Below are positions 38,867 to 48,157 of a stretch of DNA of 64,000 nt, piece after piece. The position numbers and the translations under genes were made by a program. The stretch lies in assembly GCA_963825055.1 (NCBI GenBank), contig CAWGSK010000012.1, positions 224,001 to 288,000 on the forward strand. The letters run 5' to 3'. The first letter of the stretch is position 1, and each line of letters opens with the position of its first letter. Source of the DNA: an uncultured Gemmatimonadales bacterium. GTDB lineage: Bacteria > Gemmatimonadota > Gemmatimonadetes > Gemmatimonadales > GWC2-71-9. The notes under the pieces are model-generated. The model had not been told where the DNA came from. It ran no database searches and saw nothing but the letters and a program-made list of their open reading frames with translations.

Positions 38867-41800
38867 AGACGTTCACGTCTTCGTGCTCATGCAACCGCAC
38901 GCCCACAATGGAGGACACTCCGGGTTCCTGCATGGTGACACCATAGACGGCGTCCGCTGACTGCATGGTCCGGGGGTTGTGCGTGATGACGATGAACTGC
39001 GTATCCGCCTTGAACTCCTCCAGCAGCCGGGTAAAGCGCCCGACATTGGAGTCATCCAGCGGCGCGTCCACCTCGTCCATCAGGCAGAAGGGGCTCGGCT
39101 TGCTGAGGTAGATGCTGAAGAGCAGCGAGGTCGCCACCAGGGTCCGCTCGCCGGAACTCAAGAGGTGAATCCGCTGCGTCCGCTTGCCCCGGGGGGCGGC
39201 ATGGATGTCGATCTCGCTCTCGAGCGGGTCATCCGGATTTGCCAGGCGGAGAGCGCATTCGCCGCCGCCAAAGAGGGTCTGGAACACCTCGCTGAAATTG
39301 TCCTGAATGGCCTCGAACGTCTCGAGGAACATCGTGCGGGCGGTCCCGTCGATCTCGCGGATGGCCTGCTGAAGTGACTGGCGGCCCGCGACCAGGTCGT
39401 CACGTTGCGTGGTGAGGAAATCGAGCCGCTTTACCTCCTCGGCGTGCTCCTCCACCGCCAGCGGATTGACCAGCCCGATCTGCTCGAGCCCCGCGACGAT
39501 CCGCTCGGATTCGGCCTGGAGGGTCTCCAGGTCAAGGTCCAGCATCGGCGCCTCAGCGAAGAGCGCGTCAATCGGCTTCTTCCATTCTGCCTCCACCCGC
39601 TCCACGATGGAGCGCCGGCGGGCATTCGACTCTGCGACCTCCAGCTCGAGGCGGTGGTGTTCCTCGTTCAGCGCTTCGAGGGTGTGGCGAGACGCCGAGA
39701 GTTCCGACTCGACCGCCGTCAGCGTGTCGTCGGCCCGAGCCAGCTCCTGCTCGGCGTCGGCACTGGCAGCCTCGAACTCGAGCAGCGCCACCTGGCGTTC
39801 CGCCCGCGATTCCTTCCACTGCTGCTGCTGCTCCTCCAGCGCGCCGGCATCGAGCCCGAGGCGATCCAGCTCGGCTGCCAGGGCCTCCGCCTGCCGCAAC
39901 GCTTCCGCCCCGGTGGTCTCCGCGCGCTCAAGGCGCTCGTCGAGCGCCTGGAGCCGGGCGGCAATCTGTCCGCTCTGCACCTGCCAGTGCACCCGCTCCT
40001 CGCGCGCGCTCTCCTGCTCGCGCTCAAGCTCGGACAGCGCCCCCCGTGCCTCGCCCAACTGTTCCTCGAGGCGGGCGCGGGCCAGGGAACCATCGGTGAG
40101 GGCTTCGTCGATCTCGGACAGGCGGCGCTCGCTCTTTTCCGCGCGCTCTGTAAGCGTCGCCAGCTGGGCCGTGGCTTCCTGAAGCTCGCGCTCGAGGTTC
40201 TGGGCCAGCCGCGCCGCATCCTCCCGAGCCGCCACACCCAGCCGCTCCTCCCCGCGGGCCTCTTCGGCTGCCGCGGCAGTGCGCTCCACGCCGGTTTCGG
40301 CGTCAGCGAGCTTCGCCAGGGTCTCCTGCAGCGTGGCCTCCGCCGCGGCGCGGCGCTGGCCGGCCTGCGCGACATCGTCGGTCAGGCTCTGCAGCTCCGC
40401 ACGACGGCGGAGCGGGCCCGACGGGGCAGGTGCGCCCGCGAGCAGGATGGAACCGTTGGCGCGCCGGAGCGCGTGACCGTCGCCCTCGATGGTCTCTGAG
40501 CCGCCCAGGAGAGCCCGGACCCAGTCGACTGCCGGGCCCTCCGCCCGGAGCCGGTCTCCCAGGGGATTCTGGCCCGTTGTTCCAGCCGGTCCGGGATTGA
40601 CGGGCAGCAGGACGATGGCCCCGGGCTGCGCCTCCGCGTGCCAGCGCCGGATGTCGGCCACCGCGCCGGTATCCCGGACGAGGACGGCGTGCACCCACTC
40701 GCCGAGCAGCCGCTCAGCCAGTTCCGCGTCCTGACGGGAGGTATTGAGGTAATCGCTCAGCGGGCCGAGGACAGCGCCGCCGAAGCGGTCCTTCGCGGCA
40801 AGGAGGGCCGCGGCACCGGGGGCGAGGCCGACGCGGTCACGCTCCAGTTCCTCCAGCGCGTGCCGGCGCGCGTCGAGCTGGGCCGCCAGTTCCTGTGCTT
40901 CGCGCAGCGACCCACGATCGTGCGCTTCCTGCCGGCGGAACTCGCCCAGAAGATGGCGGGCCTGTTCGGCATCGGCGACGGCCCGGCGCGCGGTCGCCGT
41001 GAGCCGTTCGGCGGATTCGGCAGCCTCGTTCCGGCGGGCCGTGGCATTCTGGAGATCGGATTCGAGAGTGGACCGTCTCGCCGAGATGTGACCCACCCGC
41101 TCCCGCAGGCTGGCAAGGTCGCTTTCGAGCGCCGTGCGCTCGCCTTCGAGCGAGCGGAGGGTCTGGACCTGCCGCTGGAGCTCCTCCTCCATGGACCGGA
41201 GCGCGGTGCGCTGTTCGCTGAGCCGGGTTCGTACGCCGTCCTCGGCGGTGCTCCGGGAGGCGAGCTCCCGCTCGATGGTCTCGCGCTCGGCCACCGCGGC
41301 CTCACGCTCTTCCCGGGCCCGCTCCTGCTCCCGCGCGGCCTGCTGCTGCCGTTCCTCCATGCCCTGCCGCTCATCCGTCGCCCGCAGCTTCCGTGACGCG
41401 GCATGCGAGAGACGCTCGGCCGCGAGGGCCAGGTCGCCGTCCAGCCGGCCGAGTTCCACCCGTGCCTCGGCCAGTCGGCGGCCAAGATCGGTGCGCCGGG
41501 ACTCCACGCTGCCGCGGGTGCGCGCGGCGTCCTCCCGCCGGTGTTCGAGCCCGGCGAGCTGCTCGCGGGTCTCCGGGAGGATGGCGCCCAGTTCCTCGCG
41601 GCGGGCCCTGATGGTGCCGAGCTGTTCCTCGAGGTCGTCGAGCAGGCGGCGCGCGAGCGTCAGCTGCACCGCGAACTTCTCTTCGGTGAGCTTGACGTGT
41701 CGCTCCGCCTTCCCCTTCTGCCTGGCCAGGCTCCGGATCTGGCTCTGCACCTCGGCGATGAGGTCCTCCACCCGCTGGAGATCCTGCGCGGTTTCCTCCA

Positions 41801-42341
41801 GCCGGCGCTCCGTGCTGTGTTTCCGGTCGCGATACAGCCCGATGCCCGCGGCTTCCTCGAACAGGCTGCGGCGCTCTTCGGCCCGGTCGCTCAGGAGCAG
41901 GTCAATCATCTTCGCCTCGATGACCACACCCGCGTCACTGCCGAGGCCGGTACCGCGCAGCAGATCCTGGATGTCGCGCAACCGCGCCGCGCTCCGGTTC
42001 AGGAGGTAGTCGCTCTGGCCCGAGCGGGAGAGGCGGCGGGTGATGACCACTTCCTGGTAGGGGACCGGGAGCTGGCCGTCGCTGTTGTCGAGAAAGAGGG
42101 AGACCTCGGTCACGTTGACCGGGCGGCGCGAGGCAGCGCCCTGGAAGATCACGTCCTCCATCTTGCTGCCGCGCAGCAGGCGGGCTGACTGCTCGCCCAG
42201 GACCCAGCGTACGGCGTCCGAGACGTTCGACTTGCCGCAGCCGTTCGGGCCCACGATGGCGGTCACACCGTCGCCGAAATCCAGCGTAACGGTATCGGCG
42301 AACGACTTGAAGCCGGAAAGTTCCAGCCGCGAGAGCTTCAT
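38865..42341 (-). CDS. smc: Chromosome segregation protein SMC
   Basis: GFKSF, GPNGCGKSN, long coiled coils with a hinge, LSSGE, DEVDAPLD, ITH. Confidence 0.96.
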   Translation of the reverse strand: MKLSRLELSGFKSFADTVTLDFGDGVTAIVGPNGCGKSNVSDAVRWVLGEQSARLLRGSKMEDVIFQGAASRRPVNVTEVSLFLDNSDGQLPVPYQEVVITRRLSRSGQSDYLLNRSAARLRDIQDLLRGTGLGSDAGVVIEAKMIDLLLSDRAEERRSLFEEAAGIGLYRDRKHSTERRLEETAQDLQRVEDLIAEVQSQIRSLARQKGKAERHVKLTEEKFAVQLTLARRLLDDLEEQLGTIRARREELGAILPETREQLAGLEHRREDAARTRGSVESRRTDLGRRLAEARVELGRLDGDLALAAERLSHAASRKLRATDERQGMEERQQQAAREQERAREEREAAVAERETIERELASRSTAEDGVRTRLSEQRTALRSMEEELQRQVQTLRSLEGERTALESDLASLRERVGHISARRSTLESDLQNATARRNEAAESAERLTATARRAVADAEQARHLLGEFRRQEAHDRGSLREAQELAAQLDARRHALEELERDRVGLAPGAAALLAAKDRFGGAVLGPLSDYLNTSRQDAELAERLLGEWVHAVLVRDTGAVADIRRWHAEAQPGAIVLLPVNPGPAGTTGQNPLGDRLRAEGPAVDWVRALLGGSETIEGDGHALRRANGSILLAGAPAPSGPLRRRAELQSLTDDVAQAGQRRAAAEATLQETLAKLADAETGVERTAAAAEEARGEERLGVAAREDAARLAQNLERELQEATAQLATLTERAEKSERRLSEIDEALTDGSLARARLEEQLGEARGALSELEREQESAREERVHWQVQSGQIAARLQALDERLERAETTGAEALRQAEALAAELDRLGLDAGALEEQQQQWKESRAERQVALLEFEAASADAEQELARADDTLTAVESELSASRHTLEALNEEHHRLELEVAESNARRRSIVERVEAEWKKPIDALFAEAPMLDLDLETLQAESERIVAGLEQIGLVNPLAVEEHAEEVKRLDFLTTQRDDLVAGRQSLQQAIREIDGTARTMFLETFEAIQDNFSEVFQTLFGGGECALRLANPDDPLESEIDIHAAPRGKRTQRIHLLSSGERTLVATSLLFSIYLSKPSPFCLMDEVDAPLDDSNVGRFTRLLEEFKADTQFIVITHNPRTMQSADAVYGVTMQEPGVSSIVGVRLHEHEDVNV

Positions 42342-42389
42342 GCGTGCTGTCCTGGGGTCGTGCGGCGTTCGGGGTCGGGACGGGAAATA

Positions 42390-43766
42390 CTACTCCCCGT
42401 CAGGCTGATAGATGAAGAAGGGCCGGCCCAGCCGGCGCCCGGCCTGTTCGGCCAGGTTGCGCGTGGGGTAGGGACCCAGCACCACGCGGTTGCCATCGTC
42501 GACACCGCGCGGCGGCAGCACCTTGGCGGGCAGTCCCGCCTCCCGGAGCTTCCGTGCGAGATCCTCTGCCCAGTCGGGATTGCGCGAGCTGCTGACCTGG
42601 AGGTACACCGGTGAGCCCGACTCGGCGGTAGTGTCCGCCACGGCCGTGTCGCCGGTGATGGCGCGAGTCGTGGTGCCGTCATCCGGCTGCCAGGCGAGCG
42701 GCACCCAGCGGTCGGACGCTCCACCCTGGACCCGGCCCACCTCCTGCCAGGGTTCCTGGCTCAGGTCATAGCCGACCACATCACCGCCTTCGGCGGTGAG
42801 CAGGATCCCGCCGCCCACGACGGCCGGCAGGGTGGGTCCCCATCCCGTGCGGACCGTGCCCGCGACCTTCCCGCCGATGGCGTCCACGATCCAGGCGGTG
42901 TCCTTTGCGGTCGAGCGAATCAACAGCCAGTCCCCGTAGGCGTCAGTGCGCAACTCCGCGGGCTCGCCGGGGAGCTTCAGCTCGTCGAGCTCGTCGTCGT
43001 TGAACCGGTCGATGATGGCGAGGGGCTTCTCCCGGCGCAGGACGTAGAGCCGGTGGCCGCTCGGCGAGAAGGCAACATCGATGACGTGGCCCGACATCTT
43101 CATGCTCCGGACGGGCGGATCCTGAGCCGGATCGTACAACACCACGGCCGTATCGGCGGCCACGGCGACCAGGTCACCCCAGAAGGTGGCGGCTGTGGGG
43201 CCGTCCGGGATCGGTTCGGTGTGGATCGGCTGGTCCCCACTCAGCCGGACGATGGCCGGGACGTCGCCCCCGGTCACGACCAGGAGCTCGTTTCCCAGGC
43301 CCCCGAAGAGTACCGAAGGCCGGGCGGGGAGGGGGTCAGTGAACCGGCTGGTGGCCCGATGGGCCACTTCCAGCACGCGGTTGCTGTCGCTCACCGCGTA
43401 GAGGGTGCCGTCCGGCCCGACCGTCCCGCTCCGGACCTTGGGGAAGAGAGTGCGGACGCTCCGGCTCTCGAGGTCCAGCGCGAGCACCTGGTCCCGGTCG
43501 CCCAGCAGGTAGACCAGCCGGTCATCGATGCTCACGCCGAGGACGGAGGCGATATCCGGCAGCTTCTCGCGGAGGGCCCAGTCGTCCTCGGTCAGGTCCG
43601 GGATCCGGTACAGGGACGGCTTGCCGCCCCCGGTGGGGACCCGGAGGACGCTCGCGCGCTCGACCGGGCTCTCCTCGCGGATCCGGTCGGAGAGGCCCTT
43701 TGGGGTGCGATGACACGCAGAGAGGACGAGCGCCAGAAGCGCGCAGGCGTAGAGGGACCGTGGCAC
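42390..43766 (-). CDS. SPOR-domain lipoprotein with beta-propeller-like body
   Basis: Lipobox LSAC; C-terminal YLQVSS...RVVLGPY SPOR. Start is either GTG 43766 or 43796. Confidence 0.78.
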   Translation of the reverse strand: MPRSLYACALLALVLSACHRTPKGLSDRIREESPVERASVLRVPTGGGKPSLYRIPDLTEDDWALREKLPDIASVLGVSIDDRLVYLLGDRDQVLALDLESRSVRTLFPKVRSGTVGPDGTLYAVSDSNRVLEVAHRATSRFTDPLPARPSVLFGGLGNELLVVTGGDVPAIVRLSGDQPIHTEPIPDGPTAATFWGDLVAVAADTAVVLYDPAQDPPVRSMKMSGHVIDVAFSPSGHRLYVLRREKPLAIIDRFNDDELDELKLPGEPAELRTDAYGDWLLIRSTAKDTAWIVDAIGGKVAGTVRTGWGPTLPAVVGGGILLTAEGGDVVGYDLSQEPWQEVGRVQGGASDRWVPLAWQPDDGTTTRAITGDTAVADTTAESGSPVYLQVSSSRNPDWAEDLARKLREAGLPAKVLPPRGVDDGNRVVLGPYPTRNLAEQAGRRLGRPFFIYQPDGE

Positions 43767-43798
43767 GGGGGGAAAGTAACGGGGGGAGGGCGCCACCC

Positions 43799-43865
43799 GT
43801 AGGGGCGGGTCTGGACAGGCGGACGGGCGGTCAGGCGGACGGTAGGGGCGGGTCTTGACCCGCCC
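43799..43865 (+). repeat. GTAG-type REP-like palindrome with partial duplicate and intervening GGACAGGC octamers
   Basis: GTAG-GGGCGGGTC-TT-GACCCGCCC at 43842-43865; GTAGGGGCGGGTCT also at 43799-43812; GGACAGGC GGACGGGC GGTCAGGC GGACG lies between them. Confidence 0.75.
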
Positions 43866-43930
43866 CCGCCCGCGCGGCGAGTCACACCATCCACGGCAGT
43901 CATTTGACCATGGTGGGCTATGGCTTAACC

Positions 43931-43954
43931 GCGAAGGAGGCGAAGAGCGCGAAG
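43931..43954 (+). repeat. Nonamer tandem repeat
   Basis: GCGAAGGAG GCGAAGAGC GCGAAG. Confidence 0.6.
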
Positions 43955-43966
43955 CACAGAGTCAGA

Positions 43967-43994
43967 TTGACAGCGACCCGGCTATCGGTACACT
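43967..43994 (+). promoter_or_regulatory. Candidate sigma70 promoter for ORF 44069
   Basis: TTGACA-16 nt-TACACT. Confidence 0.55.
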
Positions 43995-44068
43995 GATCTC
44001 AATCCTGCACCGGTTGGTCCCCACAAGTTTGTGACTTTGCAGGCGCGTTCACCCGCGCTGCTGAGGTT

Positions 44069-44437
44069 ATGAAGTTGATATACGCCAGGTGGCATACAGA
44101 GATCGGGGAGAAGGGTCTCAAGCTCTTCATCGCTCGGGTGTTCTATTGGTTCTCACTGAGTTCAACCGCCGAGAGAGAACTCGACGTGGTCACCCATCTT
44201 CTGGAACTCGATGACCATGGAGTCGTGCGGAGAACCGTGGGTCTGGACGCGGCTGGCATTCCAGCCACCGTCGGGGGGGCGGGTGGGCACCGGCAGTCAC
44301 CCTTTGTTGGCGAGACCTTCCCTGTTGACCCGCAAGAGTTGATCCCACCGGCCAAGTTGATCGGGAGAGAAGAATTCCAAGCTGCATGGAGGGCCGCGAT
44401 ATCAGATCGAACCGGACGAGTTCACCTGGGCGGGTGA
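44069..44437 (+). CDS. Small hypothetical accessory protein
   Basis: 122-aa ATG ORF filling an intergenic gap, visibly more A/T-rich than its neighbours, with its own promoter; LELDDHG..R.VGLD..G and I.REEF..AW motifs. Confidence 0.65.
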   Translation: MKLIYARWHTEIGEKGLKLFIARVFYWFSLSSTAERELDVVTHLLELDDHGVVRRTVGLDAAGIPATVGGAGGHRQSPFVGETFPVDPQELIPPAKLIGREEFQAAWRAAISDRTGRVHLGG

Positions 44438-44468
44438 TTGGTGCTGGGGGTGAGAATGGCCGCTGACA

Positions 44469-44558
44469 AGTGAGTAGTGCTTCAGGGCGAGCGTCACCCG
44501 AGTGGGTTCGGCCCCATCCCTGATTCACTACTCACTACTCACTACTCACTACTCACTG
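44469..44558. repeat. Bipartite heptamer repeat, CTCACTA family
   Basis: Left AGTGAGTAGTG; right TTCACTA (CTCACTA)3 CTCACTG at 44524-44558, next to the stop of the Omp85 gene. Confidence 0.88.
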
Positions 44559-44563
44559 CTTCT

Positions 44564-47500
44564 CTAGAACGTCGGCCCGAGGCTCAGCGTCCAGAGGCTG
44601 TTCACGCCATCGCGGTTGAGCGGGTTCGACCAGTCCAGCCGCAGGATCAGGATGCCCAGCACGTTCATCCGGATCGACGCGCCGATGGTCTGCATCGGGG
44701 TGCGGACCGTGACGGGGCTGTCGCCCGGGTCGCGGCTGAACTTGAGCGTGTTGCCACTCCGCCATGCCATGCCCACGTCATAGAACAGGGCGCCTTCGAT
44801 CGGCGGGAAGCCGATCGGCACGAACCCGAGCGACGCGTTCAGCAGCGGGAACCGGAGCTCGGCGCTGGCCAGTGCGATTTGCGTTCCTACGAGGCGGTCG
44901 AGGGCAGCGCAGCCGGTCTGGGTGCCGATGTCGTTGGAGTTCAGGCACTCGTTCCGCCGGTAGGAGCCGGAGGTGTTTCCACGGAGCAGCTCGGTGCTGC
45001 CGAGGAAGACCTGGAACTGGTCCGCGTCGCGTCCCAACCGGCCGAAATAGAGCGCGCGGGTGGCGAACGTGAACGGCCCGAAGAGATGGTCGTAACGGCG
45101 ATAGTCGGCCGTGGCCTGGGTGAAGGTCCAGCCGCCGATCGTCTGGGCCAGCTCGAAGCGGGAGCGCCGTCCGAGCAGGGGTCCGGTGTAGCCAAAGATG
45201 GTGTTGTCGTGCACCAGCGCGACCGACGGCTCGGCGTAGGTGACGTTGTTGAGCCCCTGCTCGTCCAGGGTCGCCTGGCGCGTGGCGAAGCCGGTGCCCG
45301 GGTCGTACGGCTCGAGGATGCTGAGCCGGGCGTCGTCTACGTTTGCCACCCGGACCCCCGCCTCGATCCGGCGGAAGCGGTTGATGGGATAGTATGCCTG
45401 TCCGAACGCCGAGCGGATCACCAGCCGGCGGATGTTGGTGACGAGGGTGTTCTCAGTGGACGTCGGCTCCCCCGGACGAATCTCGCTTGGCTCCAGGAAG
45501 AAGTAGGGGTCCTGCGAGACGCCGGTGATCCAGTTGACCCGCTTCTCCTGGTTGAGGTATGCGGCCAGGATCTGCGACTCGGTGAGGCGTCCGTTGACGT
45601 AGCCCGAAAAGATGAGCGTGTGGTTGTTGAGGATATCGCTCAGGGCGATGGTCGTGCCACCGAAGAACCCGTTCCCGAACGTGTCACGCGTGTAGCCGAT
45701 GGACGGTCGCGCGATGTAGTCCGGCGTCAGCTTGACGTTATAGTCCCGGATGGTGAACTCGCTCGTGTCCGGGAGATTGAGCGACGTGCTGTCCAGCAGG
45801 GCCTGGATCGAGACCGGGTTCGGGAGCAGGGAATCGATGCCGGTCCGGGTGGAGTCCGACTCGCGGAACCCGCTGGGCGTACGGTAGACCGACCCGCCCT
45901 GGCGCACCGCCCCCGACGCCTCCCCGGTGTCCGCCGGCGCAGCGCGGGGGACGTCCGGCGCAACCGCGGCGAGCTGATTGGGCCGCTCCTCCACCGGGCG
46001 CGGGGGGTGCGCGTACGACCGCGGGTTGGAAAGGGTGTAGACGTCGTAGTTCGAGTCCTCGTAGTACACGAAGGCCAGACGGTCGACGTCGCGGGCCCAG
46101 CTCAGGACCGGGGCGAGCGGGATGATACCCTGGACGCCCGTGTAGAAGTTCGTGATCTGGCTCAGCGACCGGTTGGTGAGGTCGTACATGTAGATGTTGC
46201 TGACGCCGTCCCGGTCGGACACGAACGCAATCTGGTTCCCGTCGGGCGACCACTGCGGGCTCGAGTTGCGGCCCTGCATCTGGTCCAGCACCTCGACGTT
46301 GCCGCTGTCCAGGTGATAGAGCGCGATCCGGAAGTTGCCGTACTTGAGCTGGTCGAAGTTGGTTTCCGGGCCCCGGTCGGTGCTGAAGGCAATGGTCTTC
46401 CCGTCCGGCGACCAGACCGGATGGAAGGCAGCGTACTTGTCGTTGGTGAGGCGCTGGAGGTCGGACCCGTCCTGGTTCACGACGAAAAGGTCCGAGAGCC
46501 CGCCGTCATATCCGGTGAAGACGATGCGGGTTCCGTCGGGGCTCCAGCTCGGCGTGGTGACCCCGTCCAGCGGGACCTTGATGCGGCCGATCTCGTCCTT
46601 CTTGTCCACGTCGACGATGACGATGTCGTCCCGCGGGCCGCTCTTGGCGGCGAGGACGAGGCGGCGCCCGTCCGGCGCGAAGTCAACGCCGGAGTTGATG
46701 AACCGGAAGGTTTCGTAGTTGGCGCTGAAGGAGGACTTGAGCAGCCGACCCTCCACCCGGCCCGTGTTGCCATCCGCCAGGTAGAGGTCGATGAAGTAGG
46801 TGTTCTTCTCGCTGAAGTACGCGACCTTCGACCCGTCCGGGGAGAGGGCCGGGGCCAGGTGCACGGTCCCGTCCGAACGCTTCTCGGTCAGCAGCTCGCT
46901 GGCCACGGTGCGCGCCTTGACGCGGTCGCCGATCTGGGGCAGGTACTTCTTCTGGACGGCGTCCCGCCACTGGTCGGAAAGCTGATCGAAGTTGAGCCCG
47001 ATCACCCGCCGGAAGGCACCTTCGAGGCTCCCGCTGACGCTGCTGTTCAGGATGGCGCCGATCGCCTCGTCCCCCCATCGCTCGCCGATATAGGCGAGGA
47101 TGGCGTGGCCGAAGCGGTACGGGAAAATTCGCGGGTCGTACGTCAGCTGCTCGATGGTGGGGAGGTCGCCCTCGAGGGCGGCGTCCCGGAGCCACATGGC
47201 GGTATTCGCATCGATCCGGCCCAGGGAGAGGTACTCCGCCATCCCCTCCACGAACCAGCCCGGCGGCCGGAGCTGGATGATGGTCTGGATGCCGGCCCCG
47301 GCCTTGCCACGGCTCCAGATGTCGTACTGAAACTGGTGGACCATCTCGTGCGTGAGCACGTGGTCGAAGTCGGCGTAGGAGCCGGTGAACGGCAGGATGT
47401 TCCGCTGCTTGAAGAAGTCGGTCTGCCCGCCCACACCCTCGGGAATGTCACTGATGTTGGTCTGCTGGAATTGCGAGTGTGACGCGTAGACGATGATCGG

Positions 47501-47746
47501 CTTCCGCTCGGTGAAGCGGTGGTTCAGCACCCGGGTGAGGCGCGCGTACGAGCGCTCGGCCATGCGGGCCGCATCCAGCGCAGCCGCCCGCTCCTCCGGG
47601 TAGAAGTAGACGTCGAAGTGCTCGGTCTGGATGATCTTGAAGTCGAAGGACTCGTAATGGACCTTGTTCTGCCCGAAGTACTGCGCGTGCAGCGCCGGCA
47701 GCGCCAGCGCGGACAGGATCAGGACCAGACCACCGATGCGTTTCAT
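44564..47746 (-). CDS. Peptidase-MA-like + PD40/TolB propeller + Omp85 (BamA/TamA) barrel protein
   Basis: Signal peptide; QYFGQNKV; HEMVH...WFVEGMAEY; repeated PxWSPDG; C-terminal ASAELRFP...GPTF. ATG 47746. Confidence 0.85.
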   Translation of the reverse strand: MKRIGGLVLILSALALPALHAQYFGQNKVHYESFDFKIIQTEHFDVYFYPEERAAALDAARMAERSYARLTRVLNHRFTERKPIIVYASHSQFQQTNISDIPEGVGGQTDFFKQRNILPFTGSYADFDHVLTHEMVHQFQYDIWSRGKAGAGIQTIIQLRPPGWFVEGMAEYLSLGRIDANTAMWLRDAALEGDLPTIEQLTYDPRIFPYRFGHAILAYIGERWGDEAIGAILNSSVSGSLEGAFRRVIGLNFDQLSDQWRDAVQKKYLPQIGDRVKARTVASELLTEKRSDGTVHLAPALSPDGSKVAYFSEKNTYFIDLYLADGNTGRVEGRLLKSSFSANYETFRFINSGVDFAPDGRRLVLAAKSGPRDDIVIVDVDKKDEIGRIKVPLDGVTTPSWSPDGTRIVFTGYDGGLSDLFVVNQDGSDLQRLTNDKYAAFHPVWSPDGKTIAFSTDRGPETNFDQLKYGNFRIALYHLDSGNVEVLDQMQGRNSSPQWSPDGNQIAFVSDRDGVSNIYMYDLTNRSLSQITNFYTGVQGIIPLAPVLSWARDVDRLAFVYYEDSNYDVYTLSNPRSYAHPPRPVEERPNQLAAVAPDVPRAAPADTGEASGAVRQGGSVYRTPSGFRESDSTRTGIDSLLPNPVSIQALLDSTSLNLPDTSEFTIRDYNVKLTPDYIARPSIGYTRDTFGNGFFGGTTIALSDILNNHTLIFSGYVNGRLTESQILAAYLNQEKRVNWITGVSQDPYFFLEPSEIRPGEPTSTENTLVTNIRRLVIRSAFGQAYYPINRFRRIEAGVRVANVDDARLSILEPYDPGTGFATRQATLDEQGLNNVTYAEPSVALVHDNTIFGYTGPLLGRRSRFELAQTIGGWTFTQATADYRRYDHLFGPFTFATRALYFGRLGRDADQFQVFLGSTELLRGNTSGSYRRNECLNSNDIGTQTGCAALDRLVGTQIALASAELRFPLLNASLGFVPIGFPPIEGALFYDVGMAWRSGNTLKFSRDPGDSPVTVRTPMQTIGASIRMNVLGILILRLDWSNPLNRDGVNSLWTLSLGPTF

Positions 47747-47759
47747 GACCAACTCCCGC

Positions 47760-48137
47760 TTACGAACTGGCCAGCAGGGCGGGGGCATCGCCCCACAGTC
47801 GCTCAAGCTGGTAAAAGGCCCGGGTTTCCGGATGGAAGAGATGAATGACGAAGTCCACGTAGTCGAGCAGGACCCAGTGCCCGCCGGACAGCCCTTCCAC
47901 GTGATGGGTCCGGTGCCCGGCTTCACGGAGTGTTTCCATGACCGCCTCGGCGATGCCGCGGACGTGCGCGTCCGAAGTTCCCGAGGCGATGATGAAGTAG
48001 TCCGTGGCGTCGCTCACGTGACGCAGGTCCAGCACCCGGAGCTCCCGCGCCTTCCGATCTTCGATGGCCCGGACCGCCGTCGCCACGAGGGCGGGCAGGG
48101 CCGGGGTTCCTTTCTGACTACGAGTGCCGCGTGTGAT
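47760..48137 (-). CDS. rsfS: Ribosome silencing factor
   Basis: DRKA, DYFIIASG, EG..WVLLDYVD..HLF..R.FYQLERLW. Start is either GTG 48086 or ATC 48137. Confidence 0.92.
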   Translation of the reverse strand: MTRGTRSQKGTPALPALVATAVRAIEDRKARELRVLDLRHVSDATDYFIIASGTSDAHVRGIAEAVMETLREAGHRTHHVEGLSGGHWVLLDYVDFVIHLFHPETRAFYQLERLWGDAPALLASS

Positions 48138-48157
48138 TGGTTGAGCTCCTCTCCCGC

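Noticed and set aside
44040..44072. attC integron site before the orphan ORF (GTTATG core)
   Set aside because: No matching RYYYAAC inverse core or full hairpin was found, and there is no integrase.
44477..47482. 1001-aa plus-strand ORF, and similar long ORFs (24797-27454, 53120-55384, 19751-21793, 48383-50335)
   Set aside because: These are antisense or alternate-frame shadows of well-supported genes, expected in high-GC DNA, and carry no recognisable motifs.
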